A stretch of DNA of 64,000 bases, taken from contig JAGGVJ010000019.1 in assembly GCA_021158055.1 (NCBI GenBank), positions 1 to 64,000 of the forward strand, given 5' to 3'. The first letter of the stretch is position 1. Every line of letters starts with the position of its first letter. Position numbers and translations under genes: made by a program. This document shows positions 39,420 to 49,633 of this stretch, in pieces. The notes below the pieces were generated by a model. It ran no database searches. It had not been told where the DNA came from and saw nothing but the letters and a program-made list of their open reading frames with translations. Source of the DNA: Candidatus Iainarchaeum sp. (GTDB lineage Archaea > Iainarchaeota > Iainarchaeia > JAGGVJ01).

Positions 39420-40652
39420 ATGATAGAAACCCAGATATTGATTTTGATTGTGCTGATTTTATTCTCGGCGTTTTTTTCCGGGGTGGAAACGGCTTTGATT
39501 TCCCTTAACCGTGTTAAAGTCAAGTCACTTTTGAAACAAAAAAAGAGGGGTTCAGAAGCATTGTATCGTTTGAAAGAGAATCACCACAAGCTGTTGATCA
39601 CCATACTTATAGGGAATAACATTGTGAACATAGGGGCTGCTTCTTTTGCAACTGTAATATTCATTGATTTGTTTGGCTCAAGCGGTGTTGGTATTGCAAC
39701 GGGAGTAATGACTTTTTTGATCCTGGTGTTTGGAGAGATTACTCCAAAGACATTTGCAGCGCAAAACGCCGAGAGAATTTCTTTGTTTGTGGCAAGGCCG
39801 ATTGAATTGTTGTCTTTTGTCTTGAGCCCGTTTGTAGCTGTTTTTGAGGTCATATCAAAATTCGCGGTAAAATTAACAGGTTTAAAGCATGAAAATGAAG
39901 TTTCGGAAGAAGAGTTGAAGACAATTGTCACAATGGGGAGGGACGAGGGCATTCTCAGCAGGGAGTCTGCTGAAATAATGCATAACGTGCTTGAGTTTGA
40001 AGGAACTAACGTGGTTGAGATAATGACTCCGAAAGTTGACGTGGAAATGATTGACGGTAACTTGAAGCTTAAAAAAGTGATTGATTTTCTTATAAAAACC
40101 CCTTATTCAAAATACCCTGTTTACTCGAAAACCCCTGATAAAATAATTGGTATATTGGATGTGGATGATGTTCTTAAGTATGTGAAAGATGCCAATCTGG
40201 ATGTGCGGGTAAAAGAACTTGTAAATCCGGTGTATTTTGTTCCGGAGTCAAAGGAAATAGATGATTTGCTTACTGAATTTGAGGGAAAAAAGATTCCAAT
40301 GGCTGTTGTTGTTAGTGAGTACGGTTTTGTTTCGGGCCTTGTTACTGTTGAAGATATTTTGGAGGAGATTGTGGGGGACATTTTCGACAAGAGCAGGCGA
40401 AACAGCGTTTACATCAGGAAAATAAATGACAAATTAGCCAAGGTTGATGCAAAAGTTTCAATTGAAGAAATAAACAAAGTGCTTAATCTGGGCCTTAAAG
40501 AAGGCCACTTTGACACTATTGCAGGTTTTATCGAACACAAGCTTCAGAAAATCCCGAAGAAAGGAGAGAAAATTATTTTAAAGAAGTTTACGATTGAAGT
40601 GGATGAGGTTACTGACCAGGGAATAGCAATAGTCAACATCATTAAAACCTGA
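39420..40652 (+). CDS. CNNM/hemolysin family protein (DUF21 + CBS pair + CorC/HlyC)
   Basis: SAFFSGVETA, ILIGNNIVN, FGEITPK, IMTP, VTVEDILEEIVGDI. Confidence 0.93.
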   Translation: MIETQILILIVLILFSAFFSGVETALISLNRVKVKSLLKQKKRGSEALYRLKENHHKLLITILIGNNIVNIGAASFATVIFIDLFGSSGVGIATGVMTFLILVFGEITPKTFAAQNAERISLFVARPIELLSFVLSPFVAVFEVISKFAVKLTGLKHENEVSEEELKTIVTMGRDEGILSRESAEIMHNVLEFEGTNVVEIMTPKVDVEMIDGNLKLKKVIDFLIKTPYSKYPVYSKTPDKIIGILDVDDVLKYVKDANLDVRVKELVNPVYFVPESKEIDDLLTEFEGKKIPMAVVVSEYGFVSGLVTVEDILEEIVGDIFDKSRRNSVYIRKINDKLAKVDAKVSIEEINKVLNLGLKEGHFDTIAGFIEHKLQKIPKKGEKIILKKFTIEVDEVTDQGIAIVNIIKT

Positions 40653-40925
40653 TTTTCTGCATGGTTTCAGTTTTATTTTCAGTTATTAAAACAGGTTTGT
40701 CCGCCTGTAAAAATGCATTGTGTTTAAGCACGTTGTATTTAAATGCATTGTATTTATATACTTTGGCTGTCTATTTAGATAGTTTGTTGTATTGTTTCAA
40801 TACTGCAAAAAGGCACTAGTCTGTTTTTAAGAACGATATCTTAGATAGTTATTGTTTTGGACGTGGTGTTAGTTAATAACATAAGAACTTTGGTTTTTTG
40901 TGTTGTTTTAAGGAGTTGAAAGTAT

Positions 40926-41111
40926 ATGAGTGAAGAATCAAACGAAGGTGGCTTCAAAAGGGATTTTGGACCACGCGAAATGCACAAAGCGATTTGTTCT
41001 GAATGTGGAAACGAATGCGAAGTCCCGTTCAAGCCAGTTGATGGCAGACCTGTTTATTGCAGAGACTGCTACCAGAAAAGAAGGAATAACTTCAAAAGAG
41101 ACAGGTATTAA
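40926..41111 (+). CDS. CxxC-x17-CxxC zinc-ribbon protein
   Basis: REMHKAICSECGNECEVPFKPVDGRPVYCRDCY. Confidence 0.92.
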   Translation: MSEESNEGGFKRDFGPREMHKAICSECGNECEVPFKPVDGRPVYCRDCYQKRRNNFKRDRY

Positions 41112-41130
41112 TTCTTTTTACTTGCAAAAA

Positions 41131-41218
41131 GCGGCTGTGTTTGCAGCCGCACAGTTTTTTATTTTTTATTTTTTATTTTTTTCTTTTTATTTCTTATTTT
41201 TTAAATTTTCTATTTTTT
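41131..41218 (+). terminator. GC hairpin followed by a long T-rich tract
   Basis: GCGGCTG...CAGCCGC followed by about 60 nt of T-rich sequence. Confidence 0.6.
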
Positions 41219-41299
41219 AAGGTCCTCTTAACTTGTTGTTGATGAGTTAACGATTAAAATCTTTATTTCATTTGCCTTTTTTATGCTGGTAGGTTCATA

Positions 41300-41630
41300 A
41301 AACTTTAGGCAAAACTGGTCTCCGATATCAGAGATTAGAAAGAGCATAAGTTGATTGTGACGCCAAGGGTTAATATTATCAAACGCAGGTGGTTGTCTTT
41401 TTTTGGATGATCATTCCCGATTTCTTGTTGGAACGGATTTGTTCAGGAAGTTATCACTGACCACGGTTCATAATATTATTCTGTTCGCAAAGCCACTTTT
41501 TTGTTTGTTCAATGACCTGAACAAATTCAAAGAATACTGCAACTTCAATGAACTACACGGGGGAATATGTTATAAAAACCCCGGAGGACTATCTTACAGC
41601 AAGTGAGGCCTGAGTGGTGGGAATTACATT
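41300..41630 (+). mobile_element. Decayed, internally deleted IS481/IS3-like (rve integrase core) remnant; boundaries approximate
   Basis: LDDHSRFLVG (first catalytic Asp region) joined to FKEYCNFNELHGGICYKNP (cf. YN..RPH..L...TP). Confidence 0.6.
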
Positions 41631-41681
41631 CCCTATTCATTAATATATAATGCTAAATATTCATTTATAGGGGTAAAATAT

Positions 41682-43058
41682 ATGAATGCAAAAAGAGGAT
41701 TAAAAACAAAATATAGTGTAATTGTAATTGGCGGCGGTCCGGCGGGCGTTATCAGTGCAGTGACTGCAAGAAAGTATTATCCCGGCAAGAGAATTTTGTT
41801 GATAAAAAGCGTTGGCTCGGGAGTGATCCCTTGCGGGATTCCATATATGTTTACTTCATTGAAGAAACCAGAGGATAATGCTCTTGGAAATGCCCCGCTT
41901 AAGAAAAATAATGTTGATGTGGAAGTTGATGAAGTTATCAGCATAAATGCCGGCGATAAAAAGATTCAAACAAAGTCCGGCGAAGCATTTGAATATGAAA
42001 AGCTTATCCTTGCTACAGGTTCAGAGCCGGTTATGCCTGTTATAGAAGGAAATGACAAAAAAGGTATATATTATATCCTCAAAGAAATGGATTACTTGAA
42101 AAATTTAAAGCAAGACATTCTTAAAGCCAAAAATATTGTCATTATCGGAGGCGGATTTATAGGTGTTGAATTTGCGGATGAGCTTTCCGGGCTTAAAGGC
42201 GCGAATGTTTCTCTTGTAGAGATGATGCCTGAAATTCTGGTGAATTCATTTGATGAAGAGTTTTCAAAGTTAGCAAGAGAAAAACTGACCGAGAAAGGAG
42301 TCAATATAATTACCGGGAAAAAGGTTGTTCGATTTACCGGGAGCGAAAGAATAAAATCAGTTAAGCTTTCTGACAACAGCGAACTTGCTGCTGAAATAGT
42401 TATTTTGGGTGTAGGTGCAATCCCTAATTCTTCAATAGCCAAAAAAGAGGGTTTGGAGATAGGGAATGGCGGCGGGATATTGGTGGATGAATATTTGAGA
42501 ACATCACAACCGGATATATTTGCAGTAGGGGATTGCGCTGAGAAAAAAGATTTTTTTACAAGGAAAAGGATTAATATTATGCTTGCCTCCACTGCGACAG
42601 CAGAAGCAAGAATTGCAGGGGCAAATTTGTATAAAATAAATCTTCTGAGAGAAAATAAAGGAACCCTTGCTCTTTGTTCAACACAGGTGGGCGATTTGAG
42701 TTTGGGTTCAGCTGGCCTGACAGAAAAAACTGCTTTGGAAGAAGGGTTTGAAATCGTTGTCGGCAATGCAGAATGCCCGGATAGGCATCCCGATGCAATG
42801 CCTGGTGCAAAAAAACTTAAAGTCAAGTTGATTTTTTCCAAGCAATCAGGGATTCTCCTTGGCGGCCAGGTTGCTGGTGGAAGTTCCGCAGGCGGGGTAG
42901 TGAATATAATTGGTCTTGCGCTTCAAAAAACAACTTCAATGACAGAGCTGGAAACTTTGCAGGTAGCGACCCACCCGAAACTTACACCTTCCCCGACAGT
43001 TTACCCGCTTATTACGGCAGCGCAGGACGCCTTAAGCAAATGCGGATTAGGAAAATGA
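41682..43058 (+). CDS. FAD-dependent pyridine nucleotide-disulfide oxidoreductase (NADH oxidase/CoA-disulfide reductase-like)
   Basis: GGGPAG, PCGIPY single Cys, LATGS, GGGFIGVE, FAVGDC. Confidence 0.9.
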   Translation: MNAKRGLKTKYSVIVIGGGPAGVISAVTARKYYPGKRILLIKSVGSGVIPCGIPYMFTSLKKPEDNALGNAPLKKNNVDVEVDEVISINAGDKKIQTKSGEAFEYEKLILATGSEPVMPVIEGNDKKGIYYILKEMDYLKNLKQDILKAKNIVIIGGGFIGVEFADELSGLKGANVSLVEMMPEILVNSFDEEFSKLAREKLTEKGVNIITGKKVVRFTGSERIKSVKLSDNSELAAEIVILGVGAIPNSSIAKKEGLEIGNGGGILVDEYLRTSQPDIFAVGDCAEKKDFFTRKRINIMLASTATAEARIAGANLYKINLLRENKGTLALCSTQVGDLSLGSAGLTEKTALEEGFEIVVGNAECPDRHPDAMPGAKKLKVKLIFSKQSGILLGGQVAGGSSAGGVVNIIGLALQKTTSMTELETLQVATHPKLTPSPTVYPLITAAQDALSKCGLGK

Positions 43059-43171
43059 TATGGAAACAACTGATGATTGAGATAAAAAAATAATGCCTTA
43101 GGTAGTGGTTTATTGTATTTTATGTCTAAACTGATTTTCTATTTTTGCGGTTTTGTTTATTTTAGGCAGTT

Positions 43172-44311
43172 TTAATTGTTTTTGCGTCGCATTTGCTCCA
43201 TGTTTTTTGTTTTGTCTTTTTTGACTCGTTCTTCAAGTTTTGATAACGAGTCGCACAATGCAATTATTAAATCCCGGTCTTCTGCAGTGCTTTTGTAAAA
43301 CCCTGATTTTGTGTCAAGATGTGTTTTGACAATGTATATGCGGTCGTTGTGGATGTTGTGTTGTCTTTTTACGTGAATGCTGAAATCAATGATTTTTGTA
43401 AGGATCTCCAGTTTTTCTTCCCGGTTTTCTGCAGTTGATATCACTTTATTGATGATAAAAGGGTCTTCGTTTTTTATTCCCGAGATCTTGACTCTTATTT
43501 CGTTTCGTGTGGATTTTCTTACAAGGTAGCGAAGAATGTCTTTTGTGGTCACTATTCCGACAAGGTTTTCCTTGTCAAGTACGACGCTGCTTGATACAGT
43601 TTTTTCTATGAATTTTTTTGCAACGTCTTGGACAGTGTCTTGCGGTGAGCAGTGACTGACAAGTTTGCTCATGAAATCACTGACAGGCAGGGAACCGAAG
43701 TCTTCCTGTTCACCTTTTACTTCTCCGATTGTCATTTTTTCGGTTTTGAATTCCTTGTTTTTGATTATGTCAAACGCGGAAACCAGCCCTTCAACTGTTT
43801 CGTTGTTTTTTAAAACAGGAAGGTGGTGGATTGATTCTTTTTTCATTATACTGATTGCTTTTTTTATTGCGTCTGTCTGGTTCACTGTAAGCACGGGGCT
43901 GACCATTAATTCAGCAACGCTTGAATTGTCTCTTATTTCTGACACGGTTTTTACAAGGTCATATTCGGAGATTATGCTTACAAGTTCGTTTTCCCTGACC
44001 ACGGGCAGACCGCGTGTATCTGAAGAAATCAACAGGGCTGCAGCGTCAATGATTCCTTTGTCAGGTGAAATTGTCGGCGAGTGCTTGACAAACCCGGTAA
44101 TTTTAGTGGTGGAAGTGTCTCTTATGCTTGAATACAAAAGGTCTTTGTGGGAAATCGTGCCTTTTATTTTGTTGTCTTCAGTCACTATCAACTGGTGGAT
44201 ATTGTTTTTTTTCATTTCAGAAAGTGCATCTGACACGGTTTTGTCGTTTTCGATAGTTATGGGGCTTTTCCCTGACATTGATTCTCCGACTTTTAAATCA
44301 TTGAAATTCAT
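43172..44311 (-). CDS. Four-CBS-domain protein with C-terminal HPF/RaiA-like domain (candidate archaeal hibernation factor)
   Basis: Four CBS repeats, then VKISGI...FSIHVK...YIVKTHL...STAEDRDLIIALCDSLSKLEERVKK. Confidence 0.75.
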   Translation of the reverse strand: MNFNDLKVGESMSGKSPITIENDKTVSDALSEMKKNNIHQLIVTEDNKIKGTISHKDLLYSSIRDTSTTKITGFVKHSPTISPDKGIIDAAALLISSDTRGLPVVRENELVSIISEYDLVKTVSEIRDNSSVAELMVSPVLTVNQTDAIKKAISIMKKESIHHLPVLKNNETVEGLVSAFDIIKNKEFKTEKMTIGEVKGEQEDFGSLPVSDFMSKLVSHCSPQDTVQDVAKKFIEKTVSSSVVLDKENLVGIVTTKDILRYLVRKSTRNEIRVKISGIKNEDPFIINKVISTAENREEKLEILTKIIDFSIHVKRQHNIHNDRIYIVKTHLDTKSGFYKSTAEDRDLIIALCDSLSKLEERVKKDKTKNMEQMRRKNN

Positions 44312-44579
44312 TTTCAGTTCACCTCAATAGTGCAAAATTATTATGTCCTTTGACAGCGTGTTGATTTCAAGAGTTTTTTGTTTGTTTAATAATTTTTATT
44401 TGTTTATTAATAAAGTGTCAACTCTTTAATTAACTTTGTCAAATAAGCAATGGGTTTGTCACGGGCTAAGTGATGTAAACAAGTAACTTATTTAATGCTG
44501 AAAGAGTTTATTTTATTGTTTTTACCTTCCCCGGTTAAAGAAGAAATATGCATGTATCTTTTGTGTTTCAGGTGAAATT

Positions 44580-47270
44580 ATGGTCAATGATTATGAAATA
44601 AAAGAAAAGCTTGAATTGCTTGAGTCCCCTGGCCAGGATGGCTTTTTTATAGGCATGAAAAAAAGCGCGGTTTCTCAAGGTGCCACGCAAACTTCTCTTT
44701 TTGTCGGAAAAACAACGGAAAGTTCGCAGGACATGGAAAAAATCAGTCTTGATTCGTCTTCCCCGCACGTTGTTTTTATCTGCGGTATGAGGGGTTCTGG
44801 AAAGTCTTATTCTCTGGGAGTGATTGCCGAAGAACTTGCGCTAAAGAACAAGAACATAGGGATAATTTTAATTGACCCCATAGGGGTTTTCTGGAGCATG
44901 AAATACCCGAACAGCGAGGAAAAAGAGATAAAGCGGCTTGCTTCCTGGGAGCTGATGCCGAAAGGTGTTGACGGGGTAAAGGTGTTTGTTCCGCTCGGGG
45001 CTTCAAAAAAAGTTCCGAAAGAAACAATCGACAGGACTTTTTCGGTTTCCCCCGCAGAGCTCACGGTTGACGAATGGTGCCTTACTTTTGGCATGGACCG
45101 GTTTTCTCCGGGCGGTTTGTTGATTGAAAAAGTGCTTGAGCGGGTAAGGGAAGGCTACAAAACAAAGACAGGCACGGCTCCTGCAAAAGGAAATTCTTAC
45201 GGCATTGAAGATATGCTTTCGTGCATTGATGAAAGCGATGACATTACAAGCGCAAGAAGGGGTTATAAGCAGGAAACCAGGCGTTCGGTTATGTCAAGGC
45301 TTGAAGCGGCCAAGTCATGGGGGATTTTTTCAAGTTCCGGAACCCCTCTTAGCGAGCTTTCAAGGGAAGGCCAAATCTCGGTTGTTGACACGAGTTTTCT
45401 TGAAGAAAACGTGGCTGCTCTTCTCATAGGGATACTTGCAAAAAAAATTCTTGCTTCAAGGAAGCTTGCTGCAAGGTCAAGTGCCATGAGCCGGCTTAGC
45501 TCACTGGAAGTGAACGAGTTAATGGAGTCAGATATTCCCCCGACATGGCTTTTTTTGGACGAAGCCCATACTTTGATTCCGAGCGGCACAGGGAAAACTG
45601 CCGCGACAGATGCATTGATTGAGTATGTCAAGCAGGGCAGGCGCCCGGGCTGTTCTCTTGTGTTTGCTACCCAGCAGCCGTCGGCAATTGACATGCATGT
45701 GCTTTCCCAGGTGGACATAATGATGGTTCACAAGTTGATTTTTGACGATGACATAAAGGCAGTTTACAAGAGGATGCCGTGCGTTATGCCTAAAGAAATC
45801 ACAAAACAAAACATCATAAAGTCGCTTCCGGTTGGCATTTCGATAATCGGTGACAGGAGAGAGGAGACTTCACGTGCGTTTTTGCTTGAGATTCGCCCCA
45901 GGCTTAGCCAGCACGAGGGCCGGGACATGCAGACAGGTGAATCAACGCAGGTTCTTGGGACAGAGGGGGTCAAAGACCTTGTTGAGACCATGCTTTTGAA
46001 AAAGCTTGAACAGTCACGGATAAGCGAGGCAAAGCTGAAAGAGTTGATTTCCACTTTGAACAAGCGTTACAATGTGTCTTTGACTGAAAAAAAGATCATA
46101 AAAAGCCTTGTTGATTCAAAACAAGCTGTTTTTGAAGGCGGTTTCCTGATGCTTCCCGGAAAACAGCGTTTTGCATTGTCGTCTTCCGCGAAGAAAGGGG
46201 CTGTTGATGAAAATCCTTCCGGTGTTGAAAGTGAAGCTGAAGTGGACACAAAGCTAAAATTGATTTCAAAAAAAATCAGGAAAAAAGGTTTAAGCGGAGA
46301 GCCGGATGAAAAAAATGATGGGGGTTTGGATTCAGGAAAAAATGTTGATTCTGTAAAAACAATACTGGAAAAAGAAAACAAAAAACCGGCTTCTTTAGAA
46401 AAGAGTCTTTCTTCAGCGCTTGAAACCGTGAATTCTGCTTCAGGCAATGAATTTGATGTGGTTTCTGAAAACACTGAAATGGTATCGTTTGTAATAGGCA
46501 TCTCAAAGGAAAAGGTGCGCAGGATAATTGAAAAGGTGCGCAGGAAAAAAACTTTTGGGGTTTTTGGCGATGAAGAAGAGATCGAGGAAATCGACCAGGT
46601 GTTTTTGCCTGTCTGGAAAATCCAGTTCAATCATTTCAGGGAACCGAAAAAGTTCAGGAAACTTGAGTGTTTTGTTGACGCCTTAAACGGAGAGTTCTTG
46701 TTTTACGGGGGCCCTCAAAAAGGGTTTTTTCATTCAAGCGGTTTTGCCGTGATGGCTTCCCTTAATTATAACAAGCAAAGGGTGCTTTGGCTTTTAAGCG
46801 AGAACTTAAACGGTTTATCATTCAGTCAGGGGAAAGTTGATTTGGCTGCATTGTCAGAAAAAATAGACATGAAGGAAGAGTCGTTGAAATCCGTATTGAA
46901 CCAGCTCATTGAAAACGGGCTTGTGGAAAAAAACGAGGAAAAAGACGCTTATTTCCTTTCGCATGAAATATCTGTTCCGAAAGACCCTGATTCAAAAATT
47001 GTTTCAAGCCCGCAAGACATTATTTTTATGGAGACGGAGCCGGAGGGTTCTTTTGTGAAGCATCCGGAAACAAGGTCAAAGGACATCGCGCTGCACTTGA
47101 GGCAGATCTGGCCGAATGTTTCCGTGAAAAAAGTCGAGACGGTTTTCAGGCCCATGTGGAGGGTCACCCTTGACCTTCTCGGAAGGAAACGCGAGGTTTA
47201 CGTGGACGCGGTCACAGGCAAAACTTACCTTGAGAAAAAGAACGTGGGGCTCAGGAAAAGAATTGAGTGA
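44580..47270 (+). CDS. HerA/DUF87-like ATPase with long C-terminal extension
   Basis: GMRGSGKS Walker A, LIDPIG, LFLDEAH Walker B, QGRRPG, ATQQPS. Confidence 0.85.
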   Translation: MVNDYEIKEKLELLESPGQDGFFIGMKKSAVSQGATQTSLFVGKTTESSQDMEKISLDSSSPHVVFICGMRGSGKSYSLGVIAEELALKNKNIGIILIDPIGVFWSMKYPNSEEKEIKRLASWELMPKGVDGVKVFVPLGASKKVPKETIDRTFSVSPAELTVDEWCLTFGMDRFSPGGLLIEKVLERVREGYKTKTGTAPAKGNSYGIEDMLSCIDESDDITSARRGYKQETRRSVMSRLEAAKSWGIFSSSGTPLSELSREGQISVVDTSFLEENVAALLIGILAKKILASRKLAARSSAMSRLSSLEVNELMESDIPPTWLFLDEAHTLIPSGTGKTAATDALIEYVKQGRRPGCSLVFATQQPSAIDMHVLSQVDIMMVHKLIFDDDIKAVYKRMPCVMPKEITKQNIIKSLPVGISIIGDRREETSRAFLLEIRPRLSQHEGRDMQTGESTQVLGTEGVKDLVETMLLKKLEQSRISEAKLKELISTLNKRYNVSLTEKKIIKSLVDSKQAVFEGGFLMLPGKQRFALSSSAKKGAVDENPSGVESEAEVDTKLKLISKKIRKKGLSGEPDEKNDGGLDSGKNVDSVKTILEKENKKPASLEKSLSSALETVNSASGNEFDVVSENTEMVSFVIGISKEKVRRIIEKVRRKKTFGVFGDEEEIEEIDQVFLPVWKIQFNHFREPKKFRKLECFVDALNGEFLFYGGPQKGFFHSSGFAVMASLNYNKQRVLWLLSENLNGLSFSQGKVDLAALSEKIDMKEESLKSVLNQLIENGLVEKNEEKDAYFLSHEISVPKDPDSKIVSSPQDIIFMETEPEGSFVKHPETRSKDIALHLRQIWPNVSVKKVETVFRPMWRVTLDLLGRKREVYVDAVTGKTYLEKKNVGLRKRIE

Positions 47271-47319
47271 TTTTTCCTGTGTTGTTTCGAAGACCGGCTT
47301 GCAGTTTTAAGTAAATGAC

Positions 47320-47359
47320 GGTTGAATGGATTATTTGATGGTTGAATGGATTATTTGAT
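47320..47359. repeat. 20-bp tandem duplication spanning the helicase start codon
   Basis: GGTTGAATGGATTATTTGAT x2. Confidence 0.95.
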
Positions 47360-49547
47360 TGTTTTAAATGCGTTGAAAGAGATTCCTTTTGGTGTCGGAA
47401 AAAATCTTTTGATAGATTTTTTGACTGGGAACAAAACCAATGCTTCAGTTGTGAAAAACAGGCTGCACCTGAAAAAAACTTTCGGTTCCATGAGTTATGG
47501 CAAAGACGAGTTGAATGCAGTCATAGACAGCCTTATCCTGAACGGCATGATTCGGGTTGTTTCTCTTCCGGGCAACAGGTTTTGGAGAGTGCTTGAGTTG
47601 AGTTCAAGGGGAAGAAAAGAAATCCTTGAGCCGACAATGCATAAGAGGAAACTTTCCTTTAATTTTAAGGAGACAAAAACAGAAATCACTGAAAATGACA
47701 GAAAATTGTTTGAAAAATTCAGGGGATTTCTTTCCGGCTTCAACGACGAACAAAAAAAATCCATAACATGCGGTAAAAAGCAGGTTTTGTGCATTGCGGG
47801 GCCCGGTTCCGGCAAAACCACGGTTCTTACAAAAAGAATCGAGTTTTTTGTAAAGCACTGTTGCGTGGACCCGAAACGCATTCTTGCAATCACTTTCACA
47901 AGGAAAGCAAGACAGGAGATGGAATCAAGGATTAAAGAACTGTCCGGGGATAAGGGTCTTGATTTGGCGCGTGTTGAAACGTTCAATTCTTTTTGCGAGA
48001 AGATCTTAAGGCACCACAACAATATTGTCTACAGCAGGCCTGTCAAGGTGCTCAATTACAGGGACAGGATATCCCTTGTCAACAGGGCTCTTTCAGGCAA
48101 CGGGCTGAACATGCATCAGGCCGTAAGCAATTATTTCAGCCCCGCGCAGAGAAGGGGGAAAACACAGGACCAGTTGGCAAACATATTTGTGAATGACTGT
48201 TTTTTCATAAGGGATTTTTTCAAATTCAAAAACAAGCCGATTACCGGGTCTTTTTTTGACGTGCTGAACGCAGATCACAAGAAAACCGTGAAGATAGTTT
48301 TGACTGTCTGTCATTTTATTGAGAAAGCAATGCAAAAACAGGGCCTTCGGGATTTTGCAGACCAGCTTGTTGACACGATAGGCCTTTTTGAAAAGCACAG
48401 GGAATTGATCCCAAGCTTTGACCATGTGCTGATTGACGAGTACCACGATGTAAATTCAACCCAGATAAAACTTGTTGATTTGTTGTCCCCCAAAAACCTG
48501 TTTTGCGTGGGGGACCCGAGGCAGTCGATTTACGGGTGGCGCGGTTCAGACATCAAGTACATATTGAATTTTGAGGAAAAGTACCCTGACTGCGAAATAA
48601 TCACCCTTAAAAAGAACTATAGGTCAACAAAACACATTGTGGATTTTATAAACACGTCAATCAAGGGCATGGGTTTGCCTGATTTGGAATCCGTGCTCAC
48701 GGGAAAAAAGGACATTTTTCTTTTGAAATGCGGTTCTGCGGAGTCAGAGTTTGATTTTGTGGCGAAAAGAATAATTGCCTCACGTGTTCCAAGAGAGGAA
48801 ATATTTGTGCTTGCAAGGACAAATAAGCAACTGAACGAATTGTCCCAGGCAATGAATGTATATGGAGTAAGTCACATTGTCAGAAGCGACGAATTAAGAA
48901 AAACCACTTATTTAAGAGAAGGGAACGTGACGCTTGCAACAATTCATGCGATAAAAGGGCTTGAAGCGGAAATGGTTTTTGTCATGGGCTGCAACGGCGC
49001 AAATTTTCCCTGCAAGGGAAGTGAGCACCCGGTAATTGAAATTTTGAACCTGAACGATTATGACAAGGAAGAAGAGGAAAAGCGTCTTTTTTACGTTGCA
49101 TTGAGCAGGGCGAAAAAGTCCATTTGTCTGACGTATTCAGGTAAAAAGCCGACGAATTTTATCACAAAAGACATGCTTGAATTGATTGGGAAAGATTCAG
49201 TTGAAAAAAATTTGGTTTCGCGCGCTAAAAAGCAAAGCGGCAAAGCAGGCAATGCGATTGCGTCGAAAGTTGTGAGAGCCGGCGGCGGAGCAGTTTCAGG
49301 TTTATATGGAAAAAAAGGCGGTGAAACAGGCCATGTTGCAAGCTTGATGAAAAGGCTTAAGGATTGGAGGCTTGCGTTAAGCAAAGAACAGGGGGTCCCT
49401 GCATTTATGGTGATGCATGACCGCACTTTGTTAAACATTGTGCAAATGAACCCGGCAACACTTGTTGACCTGAAAAACGTGCATGGTCTTGGCCCTGCAA
49501 AAATAGAAAAATACGGCCAGAAGATTTTAGATATTGTTAACGGTTGA
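47346..49547 (+). CDS. UvrD/REP-type SF1 helicase with N-terminal RQC-like and C-terminal HRDC domains
   Basis: GVGKNLLIDFLTG..FGSM (RQC-like), AGPGSGKT, DEYHD, VGDPRQSIYGWRG, NYRS, TIHAIKGLE, YVALSRA, LKDWR..VPAFMVMHD (HRDC). Confidence 0.88.
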   Translation: MDYLIVLNALKEIPFGVGKNLLIDFLTGNKTNASVVKNRLHLKKTFGSMSYGKDELNAVIDSLILNGMIRVVSLPGNRFWRVLELSSRGRKEILEPTMHKRKLSFNFKETKTEITENDRKLFEKFRGFLSGFNDEQKKSITCGKKQVLCIAGPGSGKTTVLTKRIEFFVKHCCVDPKRILAITFTRKARQEMESRIKELSGDKGLDLARVETFNSFCEKILRHHNNIVYSRPVKVLNYRDRISLVNRALSGNGLNMHQAVSNYFSPAQRRGKTQDQLANIFVNDCFFIRDFFKFKNKPITGSFFDVLNADHKKTVKIVLTVCHFIEKAMQKQGLRDFADQLVDTIGLFEKHRELIPSFDHVLIDEYHDVNSTQIKLVDLLSPKNLFCVGDPRQSIYGWRGSDIKYILNFEEKYPDCEIITLKKNYRSTKHIVDFINTSIKGMGLPDLESVLTGKKDIFLLKCGSAESEFDFVAKRIIASRVPREEIFVLARTNKQLNELSQAMNVYGVSHIVRSDELRKTTYLREGNVTLATIHAIKGLEAEMVFVMGCNGANFPCKGSEHPVIEILNLNDYDKEEEEKRLFYVALSRAKKSICLTYSGKKPTNFITKDMLELIGKDSVEKNLVSRAKKQSGKAGNAIASKVVRAGGGAVSGLYGKKGGETGHVASLMKRLKDWRLALSKEQGVPAFMVMHDRTLLNIVQMNPATLVDLKNVHGLGPAKIEKYGQKILDIVNG

Positions 49548-49633
49548 GGGAGAGAACTTTTGGAAAAGATAAATCAAATTTTTTCAAGGCGTCTCTAATC
49601 TGTAATTGTAATCTTTGATTTCTTTAATTTAGT

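Noticed and set aside
42092-42841. Long antisense ORFs (also 12925-13632, 43665-44330, 24496-25035 and others)
   Set aside because: Shadow frames of well-supported genes on the opposite strand.
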